From: Opitutia bacterium
GTDB lineage: Bacteria > Verrucomicrobiota > Verrucomicrobiia > Opitutales > Opitutaceae
DNA: 64,000 nucleotides
Reading direction: 5' to 3'
Assembly: GCA_947478395.1 (NCBI GenBank)
Contig: CANJVR010000008.1
Location: forward strand, 17,135-81,134
The notes under the pieces are model-generated. The model searched no databases, was not told where the DNA came from, and saw only the letters and a program-made list of their open reading frames with translations. The first letter of the stretch is position 1; every line of letters begins with the position of its first letter. The translations under genes were made by a program, and so were the position numbers. Positions 10,607-19,859 of the stretch are shown here, piece by piece.

Positions 10607-10906
10607 TTACGGTTTCTTGGCCTTGGCCGCATCAAGTTTCGCGAGGTATTTGGCGGGCTCTTTTTCGAAATCCTTCACGCAATCCTTGCAGCACAACTGA
10701 ACCACGCGGTCCGGTTTGCCTGCTGCCTTGTAGATATATTCGAAGGGCTTGCCCATTTCGCCGAGCTTGTCGCCGGAGACGACGCAGGTTTCAGACTTCG
10801 CGGGAGCCGGATCGGTGGCGGTCGGCGCCGTGTGATCAGCCGCAAGGGCGGTAAGGGCCAAGAGGCCGGCGATAAGTGCGGGCGGAAGGACGTGACGGAT
10901 TTTCAT
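10607..10906 (-). CDS. Small secreted Cys-rich protein, YHS/TRASH-like pattern; first gene of the pump operon
   Basis: 99 aa. Signal peptide MKIRHVLPPALIAGLLALTALAA. The mature part has C-x31-CC-x2-C (ETCVVSGDKLGEMGKPFEY...VVQLCCKDCVKDFEKEPAKY). Same strand as cusB and immediately upstream of it. Confidence 0.6.
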   Translation of the reverse strand: MKIRHVLPPALIAGLLALTALAADHTAPTATDPAPAKSETCVVSGDKLGEMGKPFEYIYKAAGKPDRVVQLCCKDCVKDFEKEPAKYLAKLDAAKAKKP

Positions 10907-11017
10907 GATTATGATGATTTGAAACAGAGAACTCGTTTACCCAAACCACTACACCCGTCATCCGTGAAACCCTCAAAATTTTTTCAAGGGATTTTCCGCT
11001 GAGCGGGGTATAGTAGC

Positions 11018-11335
11018 GTGATCGATCCGATGAAGACACCCGAAACCAAAGATTTCCTCTCTCGCGCCTTGGACGAATGGCGCATCACGCCGCGCCGCAG
11101 TCCCAACCTTCGGGCTGCAACGTGGGCCCGGATCGAAGCCACGCGAGCCGGCCGGACTTGGTTGGAGTACGCTGCGGCGCACCGAACCCTGGTCGCCAGC
11201 CTAGCCGTCGTCGCGCTTTTGGTCGGGGGCTGGATTGGCCGCGAGCGCGCTCAGCTCCGCCGGGAAGTCGATCGCGCGCAACTGGCGGAAAGCTACGTGC
11301 GGTCGCTCGATGCGCGTACGATGAATCTCCAATGA
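11018..11335 (+). CDS. Single-pass membrane protein, CnrY-like anti-sigma factor candidate
   Basis: 105 aa with a cytoplasmic N-terminus, one TM helix (LVASLAVVALLVGGWI) and a short periplasmic tail. ATGA overlap with the next gene. First gene of a three-gene set that ends in an ECF sigma factor. Confidence 0.5.
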   Translation: MIDPMKTPETKDFLSRALDEWRITPRRSPNLRAATWARIEATRAGRTWLEYAAAHRTLVASLAVVALLVGGWIGRERAQLRREVDRAQLAESYVRSLDARTMNLQ

Positions 11336-11760
11336 AGAATTTTCTAATCACGCTGTTGGTCGCCGTCGCGGCGGGGGTCGTCGCATTTGGCGTGGGTTAC
11401 GCGGCGAATACTCAACCCGCACTCCACCGTGCCGCCCTCGAACGGGACGCGATGGCGTGGCTGCGCACGGAGTTTCAGCTCAACGACGCCCAATACGCTT
11501 CAATCGGGAAACTGCACGACGACTACGGGTTGGTCTGCGGCGAACACTGCACGGCCATCATGGCGGCGAAAAAAAGAAACGCACCCGCCGCTGAAATCGG
11601 GGCGCTGGAAAAAATCTGCGTCAACGCGATGATGGAGCATTTCCAACGGGTGGCGGCGCTGATGCCGCCGGGACAGGGCGCGCGCTATCTCGCGATCGTG
11701 CGGCCGCGGGTGGATGACTACGATCATGCGGCCGCCCCAACCGTGCAGGTGAAACCTTGA
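11332..11760 (+). CDS. Membrane-anchored periplasmic helical protein, CnrX/Spy-CpxP-like metal-sensor candidate
   Basis: 142 aa from the ATG at 11332. N-terminal anchor MKNFLITLLVAVAAGVVAFGV, then a His/Cys/Met-containing helical region (LHRAAL, KLHDDYGLVCGEHC, NAMMEHFQRVAALM). Sits between the anti-sigma-like gene and the sigma gene. Confidence 0.5.
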   Translation: MKNFLITLLVAVAAGVVAFGVGYAANTQPALHRAALERDAMAWLRTEFQLNDAQYASIGKLHDDYGLVCGEHCTAIMAAKKRNAPAAEIGALEKICVNAMMEHFQRVAALMPPGQGARYLAIVRPRVDDYDHAAAPTVQVKP

Positions 11761-11816
11761 GTCTGCGTCGCCAAGGCACCGCTGGCCAGGGCCCGGAGGA
11801 ATCCGGGTCGGCGGCG

Positions 11817-12359
11817 ATGAATGATCGGGAATTGATGCGGGGCGTCCAGTCGGGCGACGAGACGGCGCTGGGTGTTTTGATGGAACGGTGGGAATTGCCG
11901 ATTAAACGCTTCATCGCGCGGATCGTGTTCAACGCGAGCGAGGCCGAGGAGCTGGCCCAGGAAACCTTCGTGCGCGTGTGGACGCAGCGCGAAAAATTTC
12001 GCCCGGAGGCCGAGTTTCGTCCGTGGATTTTTTCGATCGCGGTCAACCTCGCGCGAAACCGTCTGCGCTGGTGGCGGAGCCGACCGAACGTTTCGCTGGA
12101 GGACTGGTTTGAATCCAGTAGCGGGATCGATCGGTCCGGTGGTTCGGTAACACTGGAGCGGGCGGAGCGGGCGGTGGCGGTGCGCGATGCAGTGGCGGCG
12201 CTGTCACACGAACTCCGCGAGGCGCTGGTGCTGTTTCATTACGAGGAATTGTCCCAGGCTGAAATCGCCGTGGCGCTTGGGTGCTCCGTGAAAACCGTGG
12301 AAACGCGCGTGGCTCGCGCACGGGAAAAGCTGCGCATCAGTCTTAGGGCGCTGGAGTGA
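11817..12359 (+). CDS. ECF-type RNA polymerase sigma-70 family factor
   Basis: Region 2 (FIARIVFNASEAEELAQETFVRVW...FRPWIFSIAVNLARNRLR) and region 4 (LREALVLFHYEELSQAEIAVALGCSVKTVETRVARAREKL). ATG at 11817 preferred over the TTG at 11757 used in the ORF track. Confidence 0.85.
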   Translation: MNDRELMRGVQSGDETALGVLMERWELPIKRFIARIVFNASEAEELAQETFVRVWTQREKFRPEAEFRPWIFSIAVNLARNRLRWWRSRPNVSLEDWFESSSGIDRSGGSVTLERAERAVAVRDAVAALSHELREALVLFHYEELSQAEIAVALGCSVKTVETRVARAREKLRISLRALE

Positions 12360-12392
12360 GATTCTTCGCTTTGGTAGAGATCGCGGGGCCGA

Positions 12393-14669
12393 TTAAAATC
12401 GGCCGGTAACCTCGGCGATCAACGTGCGCTGCGGGAAAGGGTGAAAGAGGAAATATTTTCGGTTGAGAACATTGTCCACGCCGAGGCTGGCCTTCCAGTG
12501 TGACGTTATCTTGTAGTTAACGTGGAGGTCGGCGACGGCCCACGCGGCGAAACCTTGATGGGTGTTCGCGTTGACGTCGGTGTTATCGAGCGTCGTCCAA
12601 AGCTTGTCGCTGTAGCGGCCGGCGACGGTGAAGACCCAGCGATCGTTTGGGCGATACGTCGCCACAACGCTCGCGCGCCAATCGGGGATGTTGGGCAGCT
12701 TTTTCCCGATCGCGTCGCCAGGCGCGGCGGTGCCGCTGGCGCGGCCGGAGAGGGCAAGCGTCCTTGCGTCGAGGTACGTGACGCTGCCAGAGATCTCGAG
12801 GCGGCGAATAAACACGTCGCGCTCTACGAGCACGAGTTCGATGCCGCGCGCGCGGACGTGGTCGACATTGGAGGCGAAGCTGAAGAGCTGCGTGGAGCCG
12901 GGGAGGAGCGGGTTGAACTGCGCGATGATCGCGTCGTGGACGTCGTCCTGGAAAAACGACACGCGGGCGGATCCGTTCTCGAAGCGGCGTTCGATCTTCA
13001 ATTCGGCGGCGAGCACGTTGTCGGGTTTCAAGTGCGGGTTGGGCGAGGTGAACGTGGTGCCCGTGGAGACGAGTTGATAAAGCTCCGAGGCGGTGGCGAA
13101 ACGGTAGGCTTTGCCGACCAAGGCGGAGACGATCCACGCGGGGGCGGGCGTCCACGCGAGCGTGGCTTTGGGCGAATATTTTTTCGCGCCGACGGACGGT
13201 TGGTTTACGACGACGGCGCCGTTGACGTTGTAGCCGTCGTAGCTGCGCCATTCCTCGTAGCGGACGCCGGCGGTGGCTTTTAACTCGCGCGTGATTTGCC
13301 AGATGTCCTGCACGAAGAGCGCTTGCGTGCGGGTCTTGCCGTCGCCCTCGGTCGCGGTGGTCGTGGCGGGAGCATCCGCGAGCCAGTCGGTGGTGTTGAC
13401 CGTCGGGTTGTAGAGTTTGTAGCGGTCGTCGTGCGCGCCGAAGCTCACGGTGTGATCGGGATTTTTCGGGACGGAGCGCCAGGTGCCTTTGACGTCGAGC
13501 GTGGACCAGCCGGTGCCGCCGAGGATGGCGTAGCGGCCCGCGGTGCCGAAGCCCGTGCCGGTGGCGGTCGCGGTGGTCGGCGTGCGCTGCTTGTCTTTGT
13601 CGAAGCGATAGAGCGCGGCGGCGGTTTCGAAATCCCAATTGCTCTTCGTGTCGGTGCGGAGCGAGAGACTGTGCGAGGAATGCTCCTGCAACAACCGGTA
13701 GTAGCCGCTGGCGAAACCGGCTTGTCCGGCGAAGGTCGGATGGCCGGCGGCATCGCGCAGGTAGGTGTCGACGGAGGCGTCGGCGTTGTTTTTCCAGTAA
13801 CCGAAACTATAGGCGGCGCGGAGGATCGGCGTGAGATCGTAGGCGATTTTGAATTTCGCGTTGGTCATGCGCGTGTGGAGCAGTCCGCTGGCGCCGAGGA
13901 TGTTGGCGGCGGCGCCGAGTTTGTTTTGCGCGGCGTAAGCGCCGGTGGTGCCGGCGGGAAACGTGCCGCTCGTGACGTAGCTGAGCGGCTGGCTGTGGCT
14001 GTCCTGATAGTTGGCGCTGACCCAAAACGCGAATTTGCCGGCGCGGTTGCCGGCGGTCACGGCGGTCTGGAGCGTGCGATAGGTGTTTTCGGTGCCGTAC
14101 AGTTTGAAGCTCTGCCATGCGGCCGTCTCGGTGAGGGCGGCCTCGAGTTTTTCGGGGAGGCGCGTGGTGATTTCCATCACGGCGCCGATGGAGTTGCCGG
14201 CGTAAGCGGCGGAAAACGGGCCATACATTAGGTCGATCCGCTCGATCTCGGCGGGAGCGACCAGGCCCCAGCGTGGGCCGCCGATGTTGTTATTATTGGC
14301 GATGAGCGCCGTGAGCGGCACGCCGTCGGCGAAGATGAGGCTGCGCGCGCTGGAGCTCACGCCCCACACGCGGGTGGCCATCACGGCTTGCGTGTCGCCG
14401 TAGTTGCGTTTGCGCAGAAAAACGCTCGGCAGGTATTTGACGGCGTCTTCGGTGTCGACGGCGTTGATGGTTTCCTCGATGCGCTGGGCGGTGACGCTGG
14501 CGGTCACGGGGAGAGTGAGGGGAAGAATCGGTGATGCGGCGCCGCGTCCGGCGTTGACGTCGACGCGGTCGAGTTTGACGGGAGTTTCGGGCTCCGCGGT
14601 TTTGGTCGCTTGCGCGTGGAGGGCGCCGGTAAGGAGGAACGAAAGGGTCAGAACGGGAAATGGTTTCAT
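12393..14669 (-). CDS. TonB-dependent outer-membrane receptor
   Basis: 758 aa. Signal peptide, plug domain (VTAQRIEETINAVDTEDAVKYLPSVF), long beta-barrel and a terminal aromatic residue (...AEVTGRF). Confidence 0.9.
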   Translation of the reverse strand: MKPFPVLTLSFLLTGALHAQATKTAEPETPVKLDRVDVNAGRGAASPILPLTLPVTASVTAQRIEETINAVDTEDAVKYLPSVFLRKRNYGDTQAVMATRVWGVSSSARSLIFADGVPLTALIANNNNIGGPRWGLVAPAEIERIDLMYGPFSAAYAGNSIGAVMEITTRLPEKLEAALTETAAWQSFKLYGTENTYRTLQTAVTAGNRAGKFAFWVSANYQDSHSQPLSYVTSGTFPAGTTGAYAAQNKLGAAANILGASGLLHTRMTNAKFKIAYDLTPILRAAYSFGYWKNNADASVDTYLRDAAGHPTFAGQAGFASGYYRLLQEHSSHSLSLRTDTKSNWDFETAAALYRFDKDKQRTPTTATATGTGFGTAGRYAILGGTGWSTLDVKGTWRSVPKNPDHTVSFGAHDDRYKLYNPTVNTTDWLADAPATTTATEGDGKTRTQALFVQDIWQITRELKATAGVRYEEWRSYDGYNVNGAVVVNQPSVGAKKYSPKATLAWTPAPAWIVSALVGKAYRFATASELYQLVSTGTTFTSPNPHLKPDNVLAAELKIERRFENGSARVSFFQDDVHDAIIAQFNPLLPGSTQLFSFASNVDHVRARGIELVLVERDVFIRRLEISGSVTYLDARTLALSGRASGTAAPGDAIGKKLPNIPDWRASVVATYRPNDRWVFTVAGRYSDKLWTTLDNTDVNANTHQGFAAWAVADLHVNYKITSHWKASLGVDNVLNRKYFLFHPFPQRTLIAEVTGRF

Positions 14670-14869
14670 GGCGGTACGGACTACGTTGAACGGTGTTAGG
14701 TGAACCGGTGCGTCGGCGCGGTGCGCGGATCGCAGCGGTCGGACGACACTTCCCGGCGCGGCGCGCCATCATGCTGCGCTAAAGCTACGGATGACCGGCC
14801 CCTTTTAAGAGGAGCGCGGGGAGTGCGGACAGGATGAGCTTGTCGGGTCGGCGACCCGTGAGGCTCGGT

Positions 14870-15265
14870 TTAGGCCTGCGCGCGCGGGGGCGGCAGGGAT
14901 GGCGGCGGCCGGTCGGCGCTCGTGAGCGCGGGGACGGCAGCGGTCAGGCCCACGCACGAAGGGGCGGGCGAAGCGAAGACGAGCGGGGCCGGTGCGCTCG
15001 CAAGAAAAATCTTAGTCGGCGCTTTGTTGCCAGGGGCCTTCGCCCCGGCGGCGTCTTGTTGCTGCTTGGCCGTGGAAACTACCGCACAAATTTCGCAGCG
15101 GCCCTCGACGGAAAAAGTTTTGTTCACCGCGGCCTCGAAACTCATCGACTGTGAGTAGCTCGCAAACATGCGGCCCCACGCGAACGTCTGCAGCAAATCC
15201 CATTGCCCGCCGGAAGCGAGCAGCCACGCGAAGAGCGTGAAGATGAGGGGAAGTTGGCGGCGCAT
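14870..15265 (-). CDS. Hypothetical membrane/secreted protein (131 aa) upstream of the TonB-dependent receptor
   Basis: N-terminal hydrophobic segment LPLIFTLFAWLLASGG, a conserved-looking core QWDLLQTFAWGRMF...VEGRCEICAVV, and a Pro/Ala-rich tail. I recognise no family. Confidence 0.5.
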   Translation of the reverse strand: MRRQLPLIFTLFAWLLASGGQWDLLQTFAWGRMFASYSQSMSFEAAVNKTFSVEGRCEICAVVSTAKQQQDAAGAKAPGNKAPTKIFLASAPAPLVFASPAPSCVGLTAAVPALTSADRPPPSLPPPRAQA

Positions 15266-15523
15266 ACGGCGGCGGGGAGGAAGCTATGGCGTCTAGCGGA
15301 TGGCAAGTCGCCAGACCGCGTTAGAAGCGGAGCGTAACGGTTCGGTTGGAGCTTTAATGGGCACGACCGGTGTGAGTCTTCAGGGAAAGGGCAGGGGCGC
15401 GAACGCTTCTTCCCTGCCCTTATGAGACCCGGAATGGATGCGCTGCTTGCGCTGGTGCAGCCCATGCCAACCGGAGGTGACGGGCACGCCGCCCCATCGA
15501 TCAGCTCAGATCGTTTTCAGCGC

Positions 15524-16966
15524 TCAGCGCACGGTCCGGAGTTGCACGCTGTCGACGACGCGATCCTGCGAGACGATATCGGTCGCGACGATCAGCTTGT
15601 CGCCGACTTGGATGGTCCCGGCGCGTTTCAATACCGTGATCGCATTTTCGATCGTCGCGTCGGGGTCGGACGAAAACGGCATCAGAAACGGCTCGACCGC
15701 GCGCAGCAGGCGCAGCTGACGAAAAACCTCTGGGGCCGGGGTAAATGCAAGGATCGGCGAGTGCACGGGACGGAGCGCCGCGAGGCCGTTGGCCATGAAT
15801 CCGTGCCGCGTGAACGTCAGCAGTTTCGAGTGCGGCAGCTGGTTGGCGAGAACGACGGCGGAATGCAACACCTGCATCCGGTCACCGGTGAAGACCGACG
15901 GCGAGCGCAGTTCCTCCGGCTTCTCCTGCTCGATGCGGCGGGCGATCTTGTCGAGCATCTGCACGGCTTCGTACGGATATTTTCCGATCGTGGTCTCGCC
16001 GGAAAGCATCACGCAGTCCGATTGTTCATACACCGCGTTGGCTACGTCCGTGATTTCGGCGCGGGTCGGCACGGGCTGCGTGATCATCGATTCGAGCATA
16101 TGGGTGGCGATGATGACGGCTCGGCCCTGCGAGATACAGGCGTTGACGATGCGGCGCTGGATTACCGGCAGTTCTTCAAAGGGGCATTCGATCCCGAGAT
16201 CGCCGCGCGCGACCATGACGGCATCGGACACGCGCACGATTTCGTCCAAGTTGGCGATACCCGATTGGTCCTCGATTTTTGAGATGATGCGGACCTTTGA
16301 TTTTTTATCGGCGAGAAACGCGCGCAGCAACTCGACGTCAGCTGCCTCCCGCACGAACGACAGCGCGATATAATCCAATCCTTCTTCCAGCCCTACCTCC
16401 GTGTCGCCCCGGTCTTTTTCCGTGAACGCAGGCAGATTCACCTTCACTCCCGGCAGGTTGATGTGGCGGCGGGACGAAAGAGCGCCGGGGACGAGCACGC
16501 GGCAGCGGATGCGCACGTCGTCCTTGCTGAGCACCTCGAGCCGGATCAACCCGCTGTCGACCAGCACGGTGTCGCCGACCTTGATGTCGTTGACAAGGTC
16601 GCGGTAATTCACGTCGACCGAGCGGATTTCCTCGGCGTTCTCGCCGTCACCCGAGCCGGGTTTGACGGTAAAATCGAAAATCTCACCGGGCTTTAATTCG
16701 ATCGGCGCCTCAACATCGCCGGTGCGAATTTCCGGTCCTTTGATATCCATCATGATGGCGACATCGCGGCCGACCCGTGCGCTGACCGCCCGGATGCGGC
16801 GGATGACCTTGCGCGTCCATTCGTGCTTGGCGTGCGCCATGTTGAGGCGAATGACATCGGCGCCGCTGCGAATTAGCTTCTCGAGCATTTCTTCGCTTTC
16901 CGTGGCCGGACCGAGGGTGAAGATAATTTTGGTACGGCGGAAGACGTTGATCGGCGGTATTGTCAT
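15524..16966 (-). CDS. pyk: Pyruvate kinase
   Basis: 480 aa. RRTKIIFTLGPATESEEMLEKLIRSGADVIRLNMAHAKHEW and MVARGDLGIECPFEELPVIQRRI are canonical pyruvate kinase motifs. Confidence 0.95.
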   Translation of the reverse strand: MTIPPINVFRRTKIIFTLGPATESEEMLEKLIRSGADVIRLNMAHAKHEWTRKVIRRIRAVSARVGRDVAIMMDIKGPEIRTGDVEAPIELKPGEIFDFTVKPGSGDGENAEEIRSVDVNYRDLVNDIKVGDTVLVDSGLIRLEVLSKDDVRIRCRVLVPGALSSRRHINLPGVKVNLPAFTEKDRGDTEVGLEEGLDYIALSFVREAADVELLRAFLADKKSKVRIISKIEDQSGIANLDEIVRVSDAVMVARGDLGIECPFEELPVIQRRIVNACISQGRAVIIATHMLESMITQPVPTRAEITDVANAVYEQSDCVMLSGETTIGKYPYEAVQMLDKIARRIEQEKPEELRSPSVFTGDRMQVLHSAVVLANQLPHSKLLTFTRHGFMANGLAALRPVHSPILAFTPAPEVFRQLRLLRAVEPFLMPFSSDPDATIENAITVLKRAGTIQVGDKLIVATDIVSQDRVVDSVQLRTVR

Positions 16967-17078
16967 GGTCGGATTGGTTTTAATGCAGGTGCTGCGCCGC
17001 TGGCCAGCTGGGAGATGATTGAGCCGGTGATATTCGCGTCACGGGGACGAGTCTTTCTGGCCGCCCGTGGAAACGAGT

Positions 17079-17882
17079 TCACACGAGATCGTAAAATGGC
17101 GTGCCTTCGCCCGCGCCGACAACCGCGAATTCGCAGGCGCACAGGGCGGCGCGGACCTCGCTCAGCGCTGTTTCCACCGCGGCGCGCGAATTGCAGTCGC
17201 GCGAGAGATGCGTGAGGTAGATGCGGCGCCACCGTGGGCTCGCGACGCTCGCGAGCAGTTCGCGGGTGCCCTCATTCGAAAGATGGCCGTGGCGACCGCT
17301 GATGCGCTGCTTGGTCGACCAAGGGCGGCGGGTGTCGGCCTGGAGCAGCTGCGGACAGTGGTTGGCCTCGACCACGACGACGTCGCATTCCCGGATATGT
17401 TCGCGCACGTGTTGAGGAGCGTGGCCCAAGTCGGTCAGCCAGGCGAGGCTCCGGCGCGGGGCAAAAAGATCGCCTTCATGGCCGCTCGTGAATCGAAAGC
17501 CCACCGGATCGTGCGCGTCGTGCGGCACGGCGAAACTCTCCACCTCGAGATCGCGAAAACAAAACCGCGCGCCGGTCTCGAACACCTGCCAGTCGGGCTG
17601 GTACGATAGCCCGGCCTGGATCGCGCGGCGGGTGGCGCCGTTGGCAAACACGCGGATGTGTGGAAATTTTTTCAACCCGTCGATCGCCGCTGCGTGATCG
17701 CCATGCTCGTGCGTGAGGAAAATCGCATCGATGCGCGCGAGCGATTCCCCCGCGAGCGTGAGGAGCTGGTCGAGCTTCCGCGCTGAAAATCCCGCATCGA
17801 CCAGAACGCGCGCGCCCTCGGTGACGAGCAGGGCACTGTTGCCTGAGCTGCCGCTGCCGAGGATGGAAAAACGCATCGCCAT
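17079..17882 (-). CDS. MBL-fold metallo-hydrolase
   Basis: 267 aa. ILGSGSSGNSALL followed by the HxHxDH motif LTHEHGDHAAAI. Confidence 0.85.
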   Translation of the reverse strand: MAMRFSILGSGSSGNSALLVTEGARVLVDAGFSARKLDQLLTLAGESLARIDAIFLTHEHGDHAAAIDGLKKFPHIRVFANGATRRAIQAGLSYQPDWQVFETGARFCFRDLEVESFAVPHDAHDPVGFRFTSGHEGDLFAPRRSLAWLTDLGHAPQHVREHIRECDVVVVEANHCPQLLQADTRRPWSTKQRISGRHGHLSNEGTRELLASVASPRWRRIYLTHLSRDCNSRAAVETALSEVRAALCACEFAVVGAGEGTPFYDLV

Positions 17883-18077
17883 GAGATTGGCCGCAGCAAG
17901 CGCGCGCGCACCGCGGGCGACAAATCATTTTTGCGGCGGGCGTCCGCGTGCGCTCAAAGCGGGCATAAATCACCGTCCGCCCCTGCGTCATCCCGCAGCG
18001 CACTGATCTCCACCGATTACGTCCGACTGAAGGGTCGCGTTGACCAAGGGGCGTTTTGTGCTACCTGATATTCCTCA

Positions 18078-18572
18078 ATGCCAAAAGCAGCCACTGTTTC
18101 CAAGTCAGCGAAGCGTTCCGCGCGCCCCAAGGTGCCGCGCGTGCTGCCGGGCGTGGTGTCGATCACGCGCCAGGTCCATTTCAACTCCGCGCACCGCCTG
18201 CACAATTGGTCGAAAAGCCAGCAGTGGAATACCGACCACTACGGCCTCTGTACCAACCCCCACTGGCACGGTCATAATTACGTTCTGGAAGTCACCTTGC
18301 GCGGCCGGCCCGATCCCGAGACGGGTTACATCATGGATCTCGGCGCGCTTAAAAAAATCCTGCACCGGGCGGTCGTGGACAAGTGCGATCATCACAATCT
18401 GAACGATGAGGTGGATTTTCTTCGCGGAATCATTCCGTCAACGGAAAACTTGGTGATCGCGTTCTGGAACGAGATCGAGCCGCACATCAAGGCGGGCCGG
18501 CTGCACTGCGTGCGGCTGTACGAAACGCCGCGCAACTTCGCGGAATACCACGGCCCCGACGCGAAGGATTGA
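18078..18572 (+). CDS. 6-pyruvoyl-tetrahydropterin synthase family protein (PTPS/QueD superfamily)
   Basis: VHFNSAHRLHN...GLCTNPHWHGHNYVLEV contains a C-x5-HGH zinc/catalytic motif. The basic N-terminal 25 aa may not be translated; alternative GTG starts lie near 18153. Confidence 0.85.
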   Translation: MPKAATVSKSAKRSARPKVPRVLPGVVSITRQVHFNSAHRLHNWSKSQQWNTDHYGLCTNPHWHGHNYVLEVTLRGRPDPETGYIMDLGALKKILHRAVVDKCDHHNLNDEVDFLRGIIPSTENLVIAFWNEIEPHIKAGRLHCVRLYETPRNFAEYHGPDAKD

Positions 18573-18660
18573 GCGCGAAAATCCCGGCCTCTTTTAAATT
18601 TTCCTCGGTTGTTATCGTAACCCAACCGCGGCCACCAGCAAACCTTCCAAAAACGAAATC

Positions 18661-19632
18661 ATGAAACAGATGTATCTCCACCGCTCAAGCAGCGGGCAGG
18701 CGCCGCTGATCAAGCGGGCGTATGACAAAAAATTTCGGGCCAGCCCGGCCTACCGCGCGGCGCTGCCGGATATGATGGAGGTGGCGCATGAAGCCATCCA
18801 GGGCGCGCAAGTGCCGATCCAGCAGGTTGGCATCCACAATTTCAAACTGCCGCTGAAGTACCGGACGAAAGCCGGCAAAACGATGGTGCTGGAAACAAGC
18901 GTGACCGGCACGGTTTCCCTCGAGGCGGACTTAAAGGGCATCAACATGAGCCGGATCATGCGCTCATTCTACGAGCACAAGGATGGCATCACGACCGGCG
19001 AGTGGATGGGGAAAATTCTCAAAAGCTATCTGCGCAACGTGGACAGCAAGGACGCGCGCCTGAAGATCGTCTTTTCCTATCCGATGATTCGCGAGAGCCT
19101 GCGCAGCGGGCTCAAAGGCTATCAGTTCTATAACGTCGCCTTCGAAGGGGTCATGACCCGCGACGGAGTTTACCGGCGGTTTATCCATTTCGACTTCGTT
19201 TACTCGTCGGCGTGCCCCTGCTCAGCGGAACTCTCTGAACACGCGCGCGACCAGCGGGGCGCCTACACCGTGCCGCATTCCCAGCGCAGCAAGGCGCGCA
19301 TCACGTTGGAGGAAGTTGCCGGAAAAAAAATCTGGATCGAGGACGTGCATGCATTGTGCCTGCGTGCGCTTCAGACCGAAACGCAGGTCATGGTGAAACG
19401 CGAAGACGAGCAGGCGTTCGCTGAACTCAACGGCGCGTACTTGAAGTTTGTGGAGGATGCGGCGCGGCTTTTGTACAAGGAGTTCGACGGCGAAAAACGG
19501 ATCAAAGATTTCCGCATTGCGTGTTCCCATTTGGAGTCGTTGCACTCGCACGATGCCGTGAGCGTGATCTGCAAAGGCGTGAAGGGCGGCTTCACCGCCG
19601 ACTTCATGGATTTCGGGTTGTTGGTGTGCTGA
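18661..19632 (+). CDS. folE2: GTP cyclohydrolase FolE2/MptA family (GTP cyclohydrolase IB)
   Basis: 323 aa. [14 protein letters not shown] and [13 protein letters not shown] are typical of the DUF198/FolE2 family. Confidence 0.8.
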   Translation: MKQMYLHRSSSGQAPLIKRAYDKKFRASPAYRAALPDMMEVAHEAIQGAQVPIQQVGIHNFKLPLKYRTKAGKTMVLETSVTGTVSLEADLKGINMSRIMRSFYEHKDGITTGEWMGKILKSYLRNVDSKDARLKIVFSYPMIRESLRSGLKGYQFYNVAFEGVMTRDGVYRRFIHFDFVYSSACPCSAELSEHARDQRGAYTVPHSQRSKARITLEEVAGKKIWIEDVHALCLRALQTETQVMVKREDEQAFAELNGAYLKFVEDAARLLYKEFDGEKRIKDFRIACSHLESLHSHDAVSVICKGVKGGFTADFMDFGLLVC

Positions 19633-19859
19633 AAGGGCGTCCGCGAGGCAGGTCTGTCCTTCTGAGATTTGGAACGGGCGCGCAGCCTTCGCTGGCGCGC
19701 CTCATGACTGCTTTTTTTGGGGCGCACCCCGTCCACCGCGATCAGCGGCCGGTCCGCGGGGATATCGGCAGCGCATGGCGGGTGCGCCGCAAAAGCAACG
19801 GACTGTGCCGCTGGCAGATTTTGCGTGCCTTCCCTCCGCTGCGCTGCCGCGATTGTGCG

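Noticed and set aside
11757-11816. TTG start giving a 200-aa sigma factor that overlaps the upstream gene
   Set aside because: The first 20 residues (SLRRQGTAGQGPEESGSAA) are low-complexity. The ATG at 11817 gives a normal-length ECF sigma factor. The upstream start cannot be excluded.
14670-14869. Possible cobalamin or TPP riboswitch upstream of the TonB-dependent receptor
   Set aside because: I read the leader on the coding strand and found no B12 box (GCCACTG), no AGGGAA..GGTG core and no TPP CUGAGA/ACCUGAUCUGGAUAAUGCCAGCG-like motifs. A covariance-model scan would be needed to exclude it fully.
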